A DNA stretch of 60,073 bases, filler included, from Sphacelaria rigidula (lineage: Eukaryota), in assembly GCA_964200075.2 (NCBI GenBank). It is 6 parts of 6 records of this genome, joined end to end, with 100 filler letters (N's around TTAATTAATTAA, not from the genome) between each part and the next. Parts side by side here need not be neighbours in the genome. Positions count along the whole stretch, not along the records: positions 40,118 to 50,045 come from CAXNAA020007473.1; positions 50,146 to 60,073 come from CAXNAA020007474.1; 4 more parts are not named here. The stretch is one strand, 5' to 3'. Position numbers and translations under genes: made by a program. The notes beneath the pieces were generated by a model that saw nothing but the letters and a program-made list of their open reading frames with translations, ran no database searches and was not told the origin of the DNA. Below, piece by piece: positions 47,766 to 59,310 of the stretch. How positions within the stretch are numbered: position 1 is the stretch's first letter; every line of letters starts with the position of its first letter.

Positions 47766-48879
47766 TGACAAAAGAGAAGGGAAGGTTGGCTAAGGTTTGG
47801 TCGTTGTAGTCAAAGCCGCAATAGCTGTGCCATTCCGGCGATTGTTGCTCAGATGTGGCCTCCTCGGTTTAAAAAATCCACATGGTTGTCGTTCGAGAGT
47901 CATGATCTAGAGGCGTAAAATGAAAATCATGAGACAGCACCAGCATCCGACATCAGGTACAATGCAGTGCATCTTTTGCTTTCTTTCCCGTCATACTTCA
48001 ATCCCTCTCCCTCCTCCGGACGACCTAATCCGGGCGAGTCCGTAGTTTCGAGGGATCAACGGATCCATCTCTCCCCCGATATCTACCTTGCAATTTATCA
48101 TCGAGCATAGGATCAGCTCTCCCTTGTTAGTTCGTCAATTTCCATCGGTGCTTCTCATTGACTCACGTTCGCATGCCCCCCGCGACGGAAACCGGTTGAG
48201 CAGACCGTTGCTGTCGTGGCCCGCACCTGCTACTCCTCCCAAGCTGGACGATGATGTAACACGTTGACCATCGGAGTGCGGCGGTTGCAGTTCGGGTATC
48301 CCGTTCCATCTACTCGCACATGTCTGTACAACATCACGTAGTATTGTCGGCGCAGAGTGCTGCGGCGCCTCGGGGGCCTATGGTTGCAGTGTAACATGAG
48401 GTCGGGCACCAAGGGCCGAAGCTCATTCGCGTAGGGCAACGCGTGCCCTGCGGCAAGTCGCCAGGGGGTTTCCGTGGGTTCGACCCATATGGCCACGGCT
48501 GGATCCCTGAGGGGTCAGTTGAAGTCCTACAGTTAATCGAAATGAGACACATACTACGATAGCCCCCCACCGCAAAGCCAGCCCAAAAGTGTCGCGAAAA
48601 ATATGGACATACAGCACCTGATGTTGGGGTTCGAGCTGCACGAAGCGCATCATATGGGCGACATTGGCGAGAACGAACCCAAGCGTGAAAATTCCCAGCT
48701 GCTCGTTGTGCTCGGCTTTTCCCATTTTGATTTATGTGAAGATTTTGCCTCCCCAAACCATGCACTTTTTTGGGGGGGGGGCTATCGTAGAAAGTGTCAT
48801 CAAATGAGTCAAATCAATCGACTACCACATTTGCCTTGAGCAAAGCTTTCCGAACGCTCGAGGGGCCTCGTCCACATGA

Positions 48880-49240
48880 CTGCCGCGAGACGGTCTAGCC
48901 GAGCGGCCCGGTAATCGGCACACGAACCCGCTGGTCGGGTAAAGTGTTGGATGAGGTTTCCTCCTTCCTTCCAGGGGAAAAAAAAATGGTCGGGAAAATG
49001 CGGGTTCGATCCTTGGCAGATGCGTTTTTTTTTTTTTTCTGAAGAAGTATATAATTTCCGTCGTTGAAAGCTTGAGTGTGCAGGTACCAAAAAAGGCTGT
49101 ATTCGACGAGGGTCGATGCGGTGCGGAGGTGTTGATGCAATACGCGGTACGAAGTTGCAAGGCTTGTACCGGGGGAGAGATGAAGTTGATGTCCTGGGAC
49201 CACAGCATCGTCCCGGCGAAGGGGAGGGGTTCAAAGTTTT
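48880..49240 (+). mobile_element. SINE-like repeat copy, interrupted at its 3' end by a MITE
   Basis: GGTTCGATCC B-box at 49003-49012, T-run, acgagggtcgatgcggtgcgg, core tgcaaggc..ggggttcaaagt. Confidence 0.6.
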
Positions 49241-49241
49241 G

Positions 49242-49501
49242 CACACGTCGGACAACTCATGAGCCACCTCAATATTACTTCTTATTAGTGTACTGGTCCG
49301 GATTATGAGCTAGCTCATTTGGCCCTTTATCCATATTTGCTCCCTACAGCGCTGGACGCTGAGCACGCGGAGTAGCGCTAGGTTAGGAAAGACTTTGACT
49401 TCTCGGACCCTGCTGTCACGTGTCTTGTGTTCTCAGACAACAAAATCGAGAGTTCTCTTCGATGAGTTATTTTACGCAGCTCATGAGCTGTCCGATGTGT
49501 G
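49242..49501. mobile_element. MITE with CAC...GTG termini, second copy in opposite orientation
   Basis: cacacgtcggacaactcatgagcc ... gcagctcatgagctgtccgatgtgtg; flanks aagttttg/aaagtttg; interior is the reverse complement of 43910-44166. Confidence 0.8.
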
Positions 49502-49819
49502 AAAGTTTGCCACATGAAAAAAACAGAAATAGTCAACAAAACAACCAGCACCCTCTCACGAAAGTAGCAGGGAGTATTGCGATAAGCAGCACGGTCAATC
49601 GCTTGAACTCAGGCACTCATCCTGTTTGTAGAAGACCTGCTGGTGAACACTGCATGCGTGTGACGTATCCTGTGGAACAAATACTACCATCACCGCCACC
49701 TCCCAACGGACTTCAAGATACTCTCGTTGCCGCCGCGCATCCCCCTCCCCCCGTTCCCTGCAATTGTCACACGACTAAGGCAAGCAAAAAATGAGTACAC
49801 CCCCCCCCCGTTCCCCGCG

Positions 49820-50045
49820 GTAAGGCACCCATGAGGCAGTGTGTAAGCCGTGGCTGTCTCTAGAAGTGGCGATACCGGAAAATAAAGCAACTCATTGTAG
49901 GCTGTCATCCGAATGCAAGATGATCAGTAGGCCTTGAGCCAAACAACCTTAGCAGGATGCAGCTCATCCTTCATGCGACTCGCCAAACACACCACTGCGC
50001 TTCGCGCTTGGTGATTAAGTGCGAGCCTGGTCCGGCGAAAACCCG
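49820..50045 (-). repeat. Reverse copy of the 45435-45697 repeat, truncated by contig end
   Basis: Direct alignment by eye. Confidence 0.9.
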
Positions 50046-50145
50046 NNNNNNNNNNNNNNNNNNNNNNNNNNNNNNNNNNNNNNNNNNNNTTAATTAATTA
50101 ANNNNNNNNNNNNNNNNNNNNNNNNNNNNNNNNNNNNNNNNNNNN
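50046..50145. other. Artificial contig linker
   Basis: 44N-TTAATTAATTAA-44N. Confidence 0.98.
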
Positions 50146-50275
50146 GGATGCAAGCTCACCCTTCATGCGACTGCGCGAAAACACCACGGCGCTTCGCGCT
50201 TGGTGATTGAGTGCGAGTCTGGTCCGGCGGTATCCGGGCGTGCTCCGTCCCGGCTTTGTAGGGATGCGAGGTCTA
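50146..50275 (-). repeat. Reverse partial copy of the 45435-45697 repeat at contig start
   Basis: ..gcgtgctccgtcccggctttgtagggatgcgaggtc. Confidence 0.9.
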
Positions 50276-50689
50276 TCGTCCCATGACTGACAGCCGTTTC
50301 CAGACAGCGAGATTTTTCCAAACCTCGCTGAGAAAAGCCGTCAGTTCCTGGCTGTTTAGACTACTCGTTTTCGTTTCATGCTCGTCGTGCCCGCCACCGA
50401 TTGTAAGCTCTGTAGTATTCTGTGTACTGAGACGGTTGCTACCGCCCCACAGAGTTGTCCCGTGACTTTGTTGTGTGCGGTGTGGCACAAACCGTACTGC
50501 TGCACAATGCACCGCTTGCGACATTATCACTGTGCTGTACCAAGCGGCGGTCGGCTGAAGTAACGGCTGATACTCCTGTCATTTCGATCCTGATTACACC
50601 AGTACCTAGTGTGCGTGTGCGTGTGTGTGTTGCCATCCCGTCTATCCTGTACCTAGACGCAGGATAGACGGGATCAGTCACGTGTTAGT

Positions 50690-51165
50690 TTCCGGCTTTT
50701 GCTTTGTATGCGCGCATAGAATTTCGCATAAAACGGGGTTTTGCGCATAATTTTTCGCGTTTTTATTTCAAACATATTTTTTTGGAGATTTCAGAAAACG
50801 AAGGCATAACAGCTAAGTTTTGTGCATAATGTGATTTGTTTTTCAACTTTGTTGCGGGTGTAATATCGTTGTTTGTTCTGTGTGTGAACTGCTCTTTGTT
50901 TTTTTGTGAAACTATGAAAAAATAGATGCCATAGTTCATATCAGACGTGGGCTTTTGCTCTTTATGCGCGTTTTTTTTCCATGCGGGAAGTTACGTTCCA
51001 TGAGGGGTGCTGCCAGGAACTGCCTCAAGAAGGACGCGAAAAAAGCGCGTAAATCGCGCACATTTCACCAAAATACGCATAAATCGGCGCCTAATCTTCA
51101 CCTTCGAACATGAAAAAATGAAATGAAACGCATGCAAAAAACAAAAGCCCATAAAAACAAAAGCT
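50690..51165. repeat. Probable MITE built from GGCTTTTGCT..TATGCGC / GCGCATAA motifs in inverted arrangement
   Basis: ggcttttgctttgtatgcgc (50694), ggcttttgctctttatgcgc (50950), inverted gcatgcaaaaaacaaaagccc (~51130). Confidence 0.5.
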
Positions 51166-51399
51166 TAGTTAGTTTACCGTAAGTGGCACAAGCACAAAAT
51201 TCAAATAATGATGACTACCACCACCGTCTGCACGCAGGCTAGATGGTGGCCTCAGGTATACAAATCTACAGGATCTCTTTATAGATGGGATTTTGAAAAC
51301 CAACTCCTCTGAAAAAAAGTATGATAGGAAAAGTCGCCCGCCAGAACTTCTTCTAGTAACTTTTATCAGTGTTTTGAGAACCGGCCCAAAAAGGTTTGC

Positions 51400-52295
51400 A
51401 CCTTAGGCCGCTCCTCAGACCGAGTCATATGGGAGCCATTCAAATTTCCTGTCTAAAACTGCCTTTTAAGCCGTTCTCCGTCGTTTTACGCCTGAGAGGA
51501 GAGCCGAACACATATTGACGCCTCGGAAGAATTTGCTCTACTCATTGAGACCGTTCCAGGGCAACTTCGCATTTCCCGCTGGCAGCACTTTTATTCTCGG
51601 ACTTTCAATGGAAAACTGTCAAACGATAAAAAAAAAAACAGGGGAGTTTTTATAATCTGATCGTTTTTTACCGAAAATCCGTGTTTGACCTAGTTTGGCC
51701 AAAAACAAAACTGCGGCCAGCGGGAGAATCGAAGCTGTCCTGAAATGGTCTCAGCGAGTGGAGCAAGTCATTCCAAGGCGTCAACACCCACCCAGCTCTC
51801 TTTTCGGGCGTAAATCGACGGAGAAAGGTCTAGAAGTTGCCAACAGCAATTTTGAACGGCCCCCATTAGAGTTGGCCGTATAAGAGACGAGCATAAAAAA
51901 TTGGAAAAGTGTCTTTTCGGAGCTTTTACATCATTGTGATACGCCCCGAAAGAGAGCTAGGCGAAGGTTGCTCTACTCGTCTAGGCGGTTCCAGGACATC
52001 TTCCCGTTGTCCGGTGGCCGCAGTTTTCCTTTTGGCCGAGTAAGAATTTTCGTCCAAGAACGGTAACAAGAGTCAACTCTACAAGAAGGGCGTTTCTCGA
52101 TTTGACTGTTTTTTACCCTCCTTTGGGCACAAAATTTTACTTTGTCAAAATAAAAACTGCGCCCACCAGAAAACGGGAAGACTCCCTGGGACCGCCTTAG
52201 CGAGTAGAGCAAGTCATTCCAATGTTTCAACCTCCGCCCAACTCTCTTTTGGGGCGTTTAACGAAGTAAAAACTACCAAAAGGCACTTTTCTAGA
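51400..52295. mobile_element. Two adjacent foldback (long-TIR) elements, ~51400-51880 and ~51900-52295
   Basis: Each has ~150-190-bp arms in inverted orientation (ttgctctactc..ccgttccagg..gctggc(a/c)gca vs ctgcggccagcggg..cctg..gag(t)agagcaag); same family as 57131-57618. Confidence 0.8.
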
Positions 52296-52333
52296 TTCGT
52301 GTTCTTACCTATTGTAAGGAGGAGCGGCCTTCA

Positions 52334-52433
52334 CCCTTAGACCGCGATGCGGGTAGTCCATATGGATCACGCATACTTTTCCGAGTGAAATTGATGGCGA
52401 GTCAGCAGGTGACCTACCCTCGCAGTCTAAGGG
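52334..52433. mobile_element. 100-bp piggyBac-type MITE
   Basis: TIR CCCTTAGACCGCGA..GGGTAG / CTACCCTCGCAGTCTAAGGG; flanks TTCA and TTAA. Confidence 0.75.
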
Positions 52434-53922
52434 TTAATTAAATAATCGAAGAACGTATCAAGTACTCTCAATGAAAATGTCACACCCTGGACAAGATATT
52501 ATTTTTTGTCCAGGGTATGGAAAATACATGGAGTGGAGGCTTGCACAGCAAGAGGCCACGAAGATATAGCACAATGGGGTATAGATATCGTCCAAGAATT
52601 TGTTTCGACATTTTGGCTGTGTGCCCGCATCTATCCGTCATCATTTTCTTTCGAAAATTACAGTACCCCCAAGGATTGCTGCTGCTGTGTCTATTTGCCG
52701 GTGCCGGGCACATAAGGGGTTAACCGCTTGAGCGCCAGTGTCAGTCATTTTTCAGGTGAAAATGATGCCGATTCAACAGGTGACCCATATCCTTGGTGAA
52801 AGCGCTGGCTCATGATGACGTGTACGGTCATCATGTTGCTCATGCCAGAGCATGCACGCATGGTTGTTCGGGCACCAACGTCATGAATGTGACAGCATGG
52901 GCAGACGGAGATCCCTGAAGGCGAGGCAGGATGAACACGCCCGTTGGAAAGGGTGGATGAACAGGCGTGAAAGGAACAGTTTTCACGCCCCGATAACATG
53001 AGAGTTGCATCACTGAGTGGACGGCCCAGTAAATGATTAGGTTGCCGGCAGACAGGCATTAAGGAGGGGAGGGGAAGGTGAAGCAGGGGCAGGAGGGTAT
53101 CGTGTACAATCCTGAGAAAGTTGAGGATCTTTCCTTGTCCATGGAATGCATCGTCCTACAGCATGCTGCAGCGCGACATCACCATGAAAAAATAAATACC
53201 TGCTGTGAACCTGCTGAAAAACACCAGTCTTCATGAACTCGATTAAAATGTGCCTAGTTCTGAAGTTGACATTTTTCAACGGCATGGTCGAGCGAAATGA
53301 TAAATGATGGAAACCATTTCACTTGGCAACACAACACGGCTATGGCGGGATCCTCAGCGCTGTGCTAAAACCTCGCCATGAGCGATGTATACTGTAGAGC
53401 AGGTTTCTGTACCGCCCGAGGCAAAATACTTCTTACTTCGAGTTGTAAGGATATGCGTTTCACGTAAGAGAGTGCTGGAACCCGAGAAAACAGGTGTACA
53501 CAGTAGTACACAGCAATGACCGAGATCTTATAATAGTACGGTGGCCGACTCGCCAAAATCCAACCAACGGTGGTGGTCTCCAGAATCATTCGTACTTTCA
53601 TGCTTCGCATGTGAACATACTGATACCTTTGGGGGGCAGACAGGGCTTCTTGAACATTTATACTCGTAATACATTGCTGCTTATGTGGGGATCTGGTGTG
53701 GCGAAAAAACACAGGGGAAGAAGCGGACGGCAGTCGGATACACTACAGTAATAAGTGTAAGGTTGTGCTGAACTACTGTCTTGTGTGTACTGAATTCTTG
53801 CGTGTACTCCAAACGTGCGTGCAGCGCAACACTCGGAGTGGCAGGTGCCAGAGACAAGTGCTGGTGAGAACGGGCAGGTTCACCAGCCCGAGTGATTCAC
53901 TTGCGGCTGTGTCAACACTCAC

Positions 53923-53969
53923 GTAAATACACAGGCCATGGAGAGGGGCACCATCCTCTGGCTGCTGGT
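53923..53969 (-). CDS. Probable second exon (DQQPEDGAPLHGLCIY)
   Basis: cttttag acceptor, GTGAGT donor, phase-compatible with 54171. Confidence 0.4.
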
Positions 53970-54170
53970 CTAAAAGCCAGTTTATAAATATCTCCATACT
54001 CGTACCCGCGAGGCGCGCCCAACCATGCCACGTACAGTAGAGCTTAATCAGATATCTACGGAACAGATGGGCTCCTTCGCGATCAAAACAAAGTTGAGCA
54101 AAAAGAAGAGAGGGTCATGATAACCAAACGAGTAATATGCTGCAATATAAACAAAATCAGTGGTACATAC

Positions 54171-54462
54171 CCCCTTCGACCGTCTCAGCGGTAGACCTCC
54201 CCCTCTCCTCTTCCTCCGAATCACCACCATCATCAGTGGTGGAGCCCGCCGTGTCAGTCGAGTCCACACGGAGGGGTGCCCCCACGAGAACTTTTTTACC
54301 CGCCGGAACGATCTTTTCGGGATCAACTGATGAAACGGTCAGATCTTGTTCGGAGATTGTTGTGATATCTGCATCGGTGGCTACACCCGCTGCAAGGTTG
54401 TGCTCTTGTCCTTCGATGGCGGGCGGCGGCTGCGCCGTATGCGGCATGTCGATATTTTCCAT
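54171..54462 (-). CDS. Probable first exon of a hypothetical protein (acidic N-terminus MENIDMPHTAQPPP..DSEEEERG)
   Basis: ATG-initiated protein-like ORF ending at G|GTATGT donor. Confidence 0.55.
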
Positions 54463-55931
54463 CGCTGTTGTCTTCCGTTACGTTGCTCTCTTGTGTCCAG
54501 CAGCGGGCTGTGCGATGCGTTGATGTTGAACATGTTGTTCGAGCACGATCAAGTGTTGTGAAGGGCAGCCGGTTATACTTCTGTGCACAGTCGAGAAAAT
54601 AATTCCCACATTTCGTTGTCTGTGTAATATTCTGGGGTGATCCGGGTGCTGCGGAGAGCATCCACGATACTGCAGTATCACAAACATTCGTGCAGCTGCT
54701 GCTGCTGCTGCTGTGGAGGTGCTCCTTACAGGACAACGAGTTGCGGTTTATAGCCACCTACATACAAACATGGTTTCCACTGACTTCCCACATGTCATAA
54801 TAATAGCAGCACAACAAACGGCGGGATGACCTTACGGGGCCGGCTTCGTTCGCCGTGTGCCCCAACATGCGACCGAAGAGGAACAAACAAAAAACGATTG
54901 CGCCAGGATCCCCCGGAAGCATTGTCTGTTTTCCCCCCGAGAGGCGGTTGTGTGATAGCGACCCATGGACGTAATACAATTCCCGATAAACCTACCCATG
55001 GCTCACCTCAGATGATGTTTCTAGCGTGCAGCGCAGTAGGTAGTGTCGTGTTGTGTTGTGTTGTGTGGTGATGGGCGGGAGCGGGAGGCAGGCAATGAAA
55101 AATAAATCAAATGGTTGCGCGATGTGTGAAAATATCAGTGGCTTTCAGATTTCCGAACGGCTCAGGATTATGACGCAACGAAAAAGCATACTCTTACTTC
55201 TGAAGACGTATTTCCAAGAAAAGCGCTGCGTGCCTGAGAGATGCGCTGCATTTGTACCCACACCTCCTCAGCCGCCAGGGCTTAAATGTTTGTGCAGAGT
55301 ATCCTAGCTAAACTGATGCGGTTAGAGAACAGAACCTACGCACTAACTAATATTTATGTAGTTTCTCCTTGGATGTACAATCCATGTCAGGACTTGTGCT
55401 GGTCGCCTCTGCATGCCACCATGGATGCACCGACCGGCCGTATGCGGCCCGTCAGACGTCGGGTACAGTTTTTAGTGCAACAAACATTTTGAAAAAAGGT
55501 AAATGTGTTCGAGTGTATACCCGATATGGACTGGAGATGTGTTTAATCTCGTCTCTAGTGTGACTGCCTTTGGTACAGACCGCTGTGCAATCACCGCGCC
55601 CTCGTGAGGTGGCAGTTGACGACCATCTTGCCTTACGATTTCACTACCTTATCCTCCGTAAAAAAACACGAACATTGAGAGCAACGAGCACCTATATAGG
55701 ACCGAACTGGACTTTTTTTGGACCCTCACATCTTTGTGGAGAACAACCATTAACACGCGTTGCAGTAATGTGTTGACCCGGAGGTTGCTCTCTTGAGCTT
55801 GTATTTGGGGCGGGGTACGAGAGAATCAGACTTGATGCTAGCCACACCGATAGGGATTTATTGCAACGCTTGATTCTCCGCACAATCGTATCGGGCTGGA
55901 AACGCTGCATTACACTCAACAATGCCATAAG

Positions 55932-56167
55932 ATGACGATTCTGTCAAGGCATGCTCGGCCTCTCAGGGTAACAGGACTCGTGTTGGCTGGCGGGGCGTTT
56001 GGGCTAGGTCCTGTAGCAAGTGGTAGAGGTCGTGACAGCAGAGCTGCTTCTGCTTCTGTTACTACTTCTTCTAAAGCAGGAACCGGCGCGGGTAGACCTG
56101 AGCCACAGCAGTCACTGGGCACGAAGCTCATGAATCAGTTGGAAGGTGAGATACAGCAGCCAAAGAG
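55932..56167 (+). CDS. Probable first exon of a hypothetical protein with an Arg/Ser/Ala-rich, acid-poor N-terminus (organelle-targeting-like)
   Basis: MTILSRHARPLRVTGLVLAGGAFGLG..; donor AG|GTACGA at 56168 or G|GTGAGA at ~56146. Confidence 0.45.
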
Positions 56168-57130
56168 GTACGAGTAGAGCTGTATTACCTGTTCTGGAGC
56201 CAGTAGGTACAAGTGCACAGCTTGTGTAGGACCACAGAGTCACTGAGTACTTCCATATGACAGTCATCAGCGGCAACGTGTAACCGTCAACCGCTTTTAC
56301 TCTATCAGGGGGGACACCGCAAGGGAAAAGGTATAGCGTGTGTTTGAAGTCATTTCCGGGTATGAATATGGGAGCCGGTCCAGGGTAGTTAGTTCTAAGT
56401 CAGTCTTGCGCAAAAAAACAAACAAACAATTGTTTCGAAACAGAATTGGTGCTCTTTTCATCCCCTCGCGCACTGCTACAACCCCCAACCCCAGATCTAG
56501 ACGCATGGGCTTGCTGATTGTGGTCTATATGATCTGTTACCGAAGTTTCAGCGCATTGCAGCAACGACAGCGTGCGCACGACCGTGAGTGTTGCGCCAAA
56601 AAAAAAAGAGTCAAATGTGTGCCGATTTTCGCATACAAGGGTCATCGTATAAATTATCAGCTCGGATCATTCGCAAAGTAGGTGTAGTCTACACGAGCGA
56701 GGTGCCTCAGAGGGAGGACCTACGGCCTAACATGCGGCATATCTGAAAAGCTATGTTTAAGGCTGGATCGTCGGCACAAGTTCCAGGCTGAGAACGCCAT
56801 TTTGTCCCGCGTTCGGTAGTGTGCATGGTGTTGCTCGGTACTCGTGTCTTGCGGGTCCGATGGTAAGACGATCAGTGCGACCACGCTTCGCGTTCCAGCG
56901 CATCACCACGCCTAGGGCGTAGTATATGGAGTGTGCAATCCACGTGAAAAATAAGTATCTCAATTGCTTCCGAAGAAACCGAGAACGGCACGATCGTTTG
57001 CATCCATGTCTGGCGGCGCAGCTAATGAATTGAAAAAAACGAGAATTCTGTCATGACCAGTATAAGGCCGGATGTTTGGCAACAGATTTTTGGCCGGGGA
57101 TCTTCAGATTTTGAAATGATTCGTGTTACA

Positions 57131-57618
57131 CCCATCTTCGGCCAACTCTAATGGAAGCTGTTCAAGATTCCTGTCGAAAACCGCCTTTTGAGCCCTTCTC
57201 CGTCTATTCACGCCCGAAAAGAAGGCTAGGCGGATGTCGACGCCTTGGAATGACTTGATCTACTCGTTGAGACCGTTCCAAGGCAACTTTGCATTTCCCG
57301 CTGGCCGCACTTTGGTTTTTGGCCAAATGAGGCCAAACACCGGTTTTCAGTAAAAAACTGTCAGGGGATCAAAATTTCCCCCTGTTTTTTTATCGCTCGA
57401 CCATTTTTTGTTGAAAACCCGTGTGTGGCCAAAAATGAAAGTGCGGCCAGCGGGAATTGCGAAGTTGCCCTGGAACGGCCTCAATGAGTAGAGCAAGACA
57501 TTCCAATGCGTCAACATCCGCCTAGCCCTCTTTTCAGGCGTAAAACGACGGAGAAGGGCCAAAAAGACAGTTTTGAACAGAAATTTTGAACGGCTCCCAT
57601 TAGAGTCGGTCTTAAGGG
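57131..57618. mobile_element. Foldback element: ~195-bp inverted arms around a ~100-bp spacer
   Basis: 57131-57324 is the near reverse complement of 57426-57618 (actctaatgg..cccttctccgtc..ctactc.ttgagaccgttcca..cccgctggccgcacttt). Confidence 0.9.
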
Positions 57619-58449
57619 TACAACTTATTCAAAATTGTGGGTGAAATAATCCGCGGCCAAATTGTGGGGCCCGAGTCCCCCAGATTTTTGGGCAAACTGG
57701 CGGGGGTCGGGAAGCGGGAAGCATAGATTTTGCACACGGATTTCTGCGTTTTGGCCGGCAGAGCGTCATAATGGGGTCACGCCGCGTTTTTCTTTCATGT
57801 GCCGGCGTACTGGCTCCGCCTTTGTGAGTGATCCTGTGGACCACAACCAACAATACACGAATTAACCACACACCGCACCCGACGCGCGATGGAGCCCGCT
57901 TCGCGCGTACGAGACAAAAAACGACACGCCTAGCTCGTCGGTCTCCAGGCAAAAGTATTGCAGAGACGTCGAGAGAGGAGACATGTGATGCGCACTGTCG
58001 CTGTCTGGCAGGTGGTTCTGCGATCCTTCAATGAAGGGTTCAACTTTAACAGTCACGAGGGGGGCATGGTCGATTACTTATGTGCTGGAAAGAACCGGCA
58101 CTGGTTTTAGTGGGGTGATGATGACCTCTCTGCGGCAGTGACGCTGCATCACTACAGCACACCACAACACGCTACACATAAAACTCGAAACCCTGGTGAA
58201 TGTATTCAAATTATAACAAAATGGAATGGAGAATCTAAATCTGTGTGCTGCCGTAAGATTGTTCCCGAACCCAAATATGCCGCGGATTTATTTCACCAGG
58301 ATTCAAAAATATGTGGGCCAAAAATCTGTTGCCATAACATCCGGTCTACGACCCATTTTTATGGCAACGAATCTCGACTTTCCTACGGTAAACTCCCAAT
58401 TTCCAGTGTAACTTTGCTTGTGGATTTCTCGCCTGGGACTGCGCGTTCC

Positions 58450-59310
58450 ATAATGAAACTTTGTACACTAGTCGGGCACAACACAGAGAGCATATGCGCG
58501 AAGCATCCGCGCGATTGCCCCCAGACTTTCCTACAACATAGCCACAAGCGATTTCGGGGAATACCATCCATGCGCCCTCAAATCGGCTATACAGCAGCTC
58601 AGATTTTACGCACTCCAGGCGAATGCATATTTACACGCGCAGATGCACAAGCTTGGATATGTTGGGCGGCTGGGCGGCCGATGTGGCAGCAAACTGACAC
58701 CGGTCTGTACTGCGACCCTTTCTGGATCATGACCATCTGTAGTGTACCGATCGGTATACAGTCTGTAGAGCTGCGCAGTTCATGACACACGGCCCCACGC
58801 GCGCTGTAGCCGCTGCGAGGCGCTGAAACTTTGTTCATGTGCTGTGCAAACTACAGTCAACCGTTCCACGTCGGTATATCTGGTGCTGTGCGCTGCAGCA
58901 GTGCGCACAAGAGCGAAAAGCGATCAGATAATGTTCCGAAGAAGAAGAAAAACTTTTGGCGCAACACTGCGTGCGTCCTGCCCTGAGCATCTCTACCGTC
59001 GATATCGGAATGACTTTTCTGCAGATTGTCATTATCCAGAGGGTGTGCCAGTACTGATCTATGTTCGTTTGCCAACCCTGTACCCTCCCGGGAGATAATG
59101 ATACGGAAGTGAGTGCACCACCGTGTCCACATACGCATTCACGTAAGATACACGGATTCTGCGCTGCGAGATAGCCGTTTTGACGGGCTATCGATGATAT
59201 ATTGGTATTCGCTTAGTTTATTTTGATCGTTGACCGAAAGAAGCTGAAACTTGGTGCACATACTGCCTCTGTTGTTTCCAACTAGTGCTTCGAGTTTCAT
59301 GATAGTGGCT
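58450..59310. repeat. Inverted pair of ~60-bp diverged repeats (58450-58505 and 59250-59310)
   Basis: atgaaactttgtacactagtcgggcacaacacagagagcatatgcgc vs reverse strand atgaaactcgaagcactagttggaaacaacagaggcagtatgtgc. Confidence 0.55.

Noticed and set aside
49955..50240. Apparent overlap joining contigs 5 and 6
   Set aside because: The two ends differ at several positions and are separate copies of a dispersed repeat also present at 45435-45697.
58138..58785. 215-aa ORF
   Set aside because: Lies in repeat-derived sequence with inverted partners; no recognisable domain or splice context.
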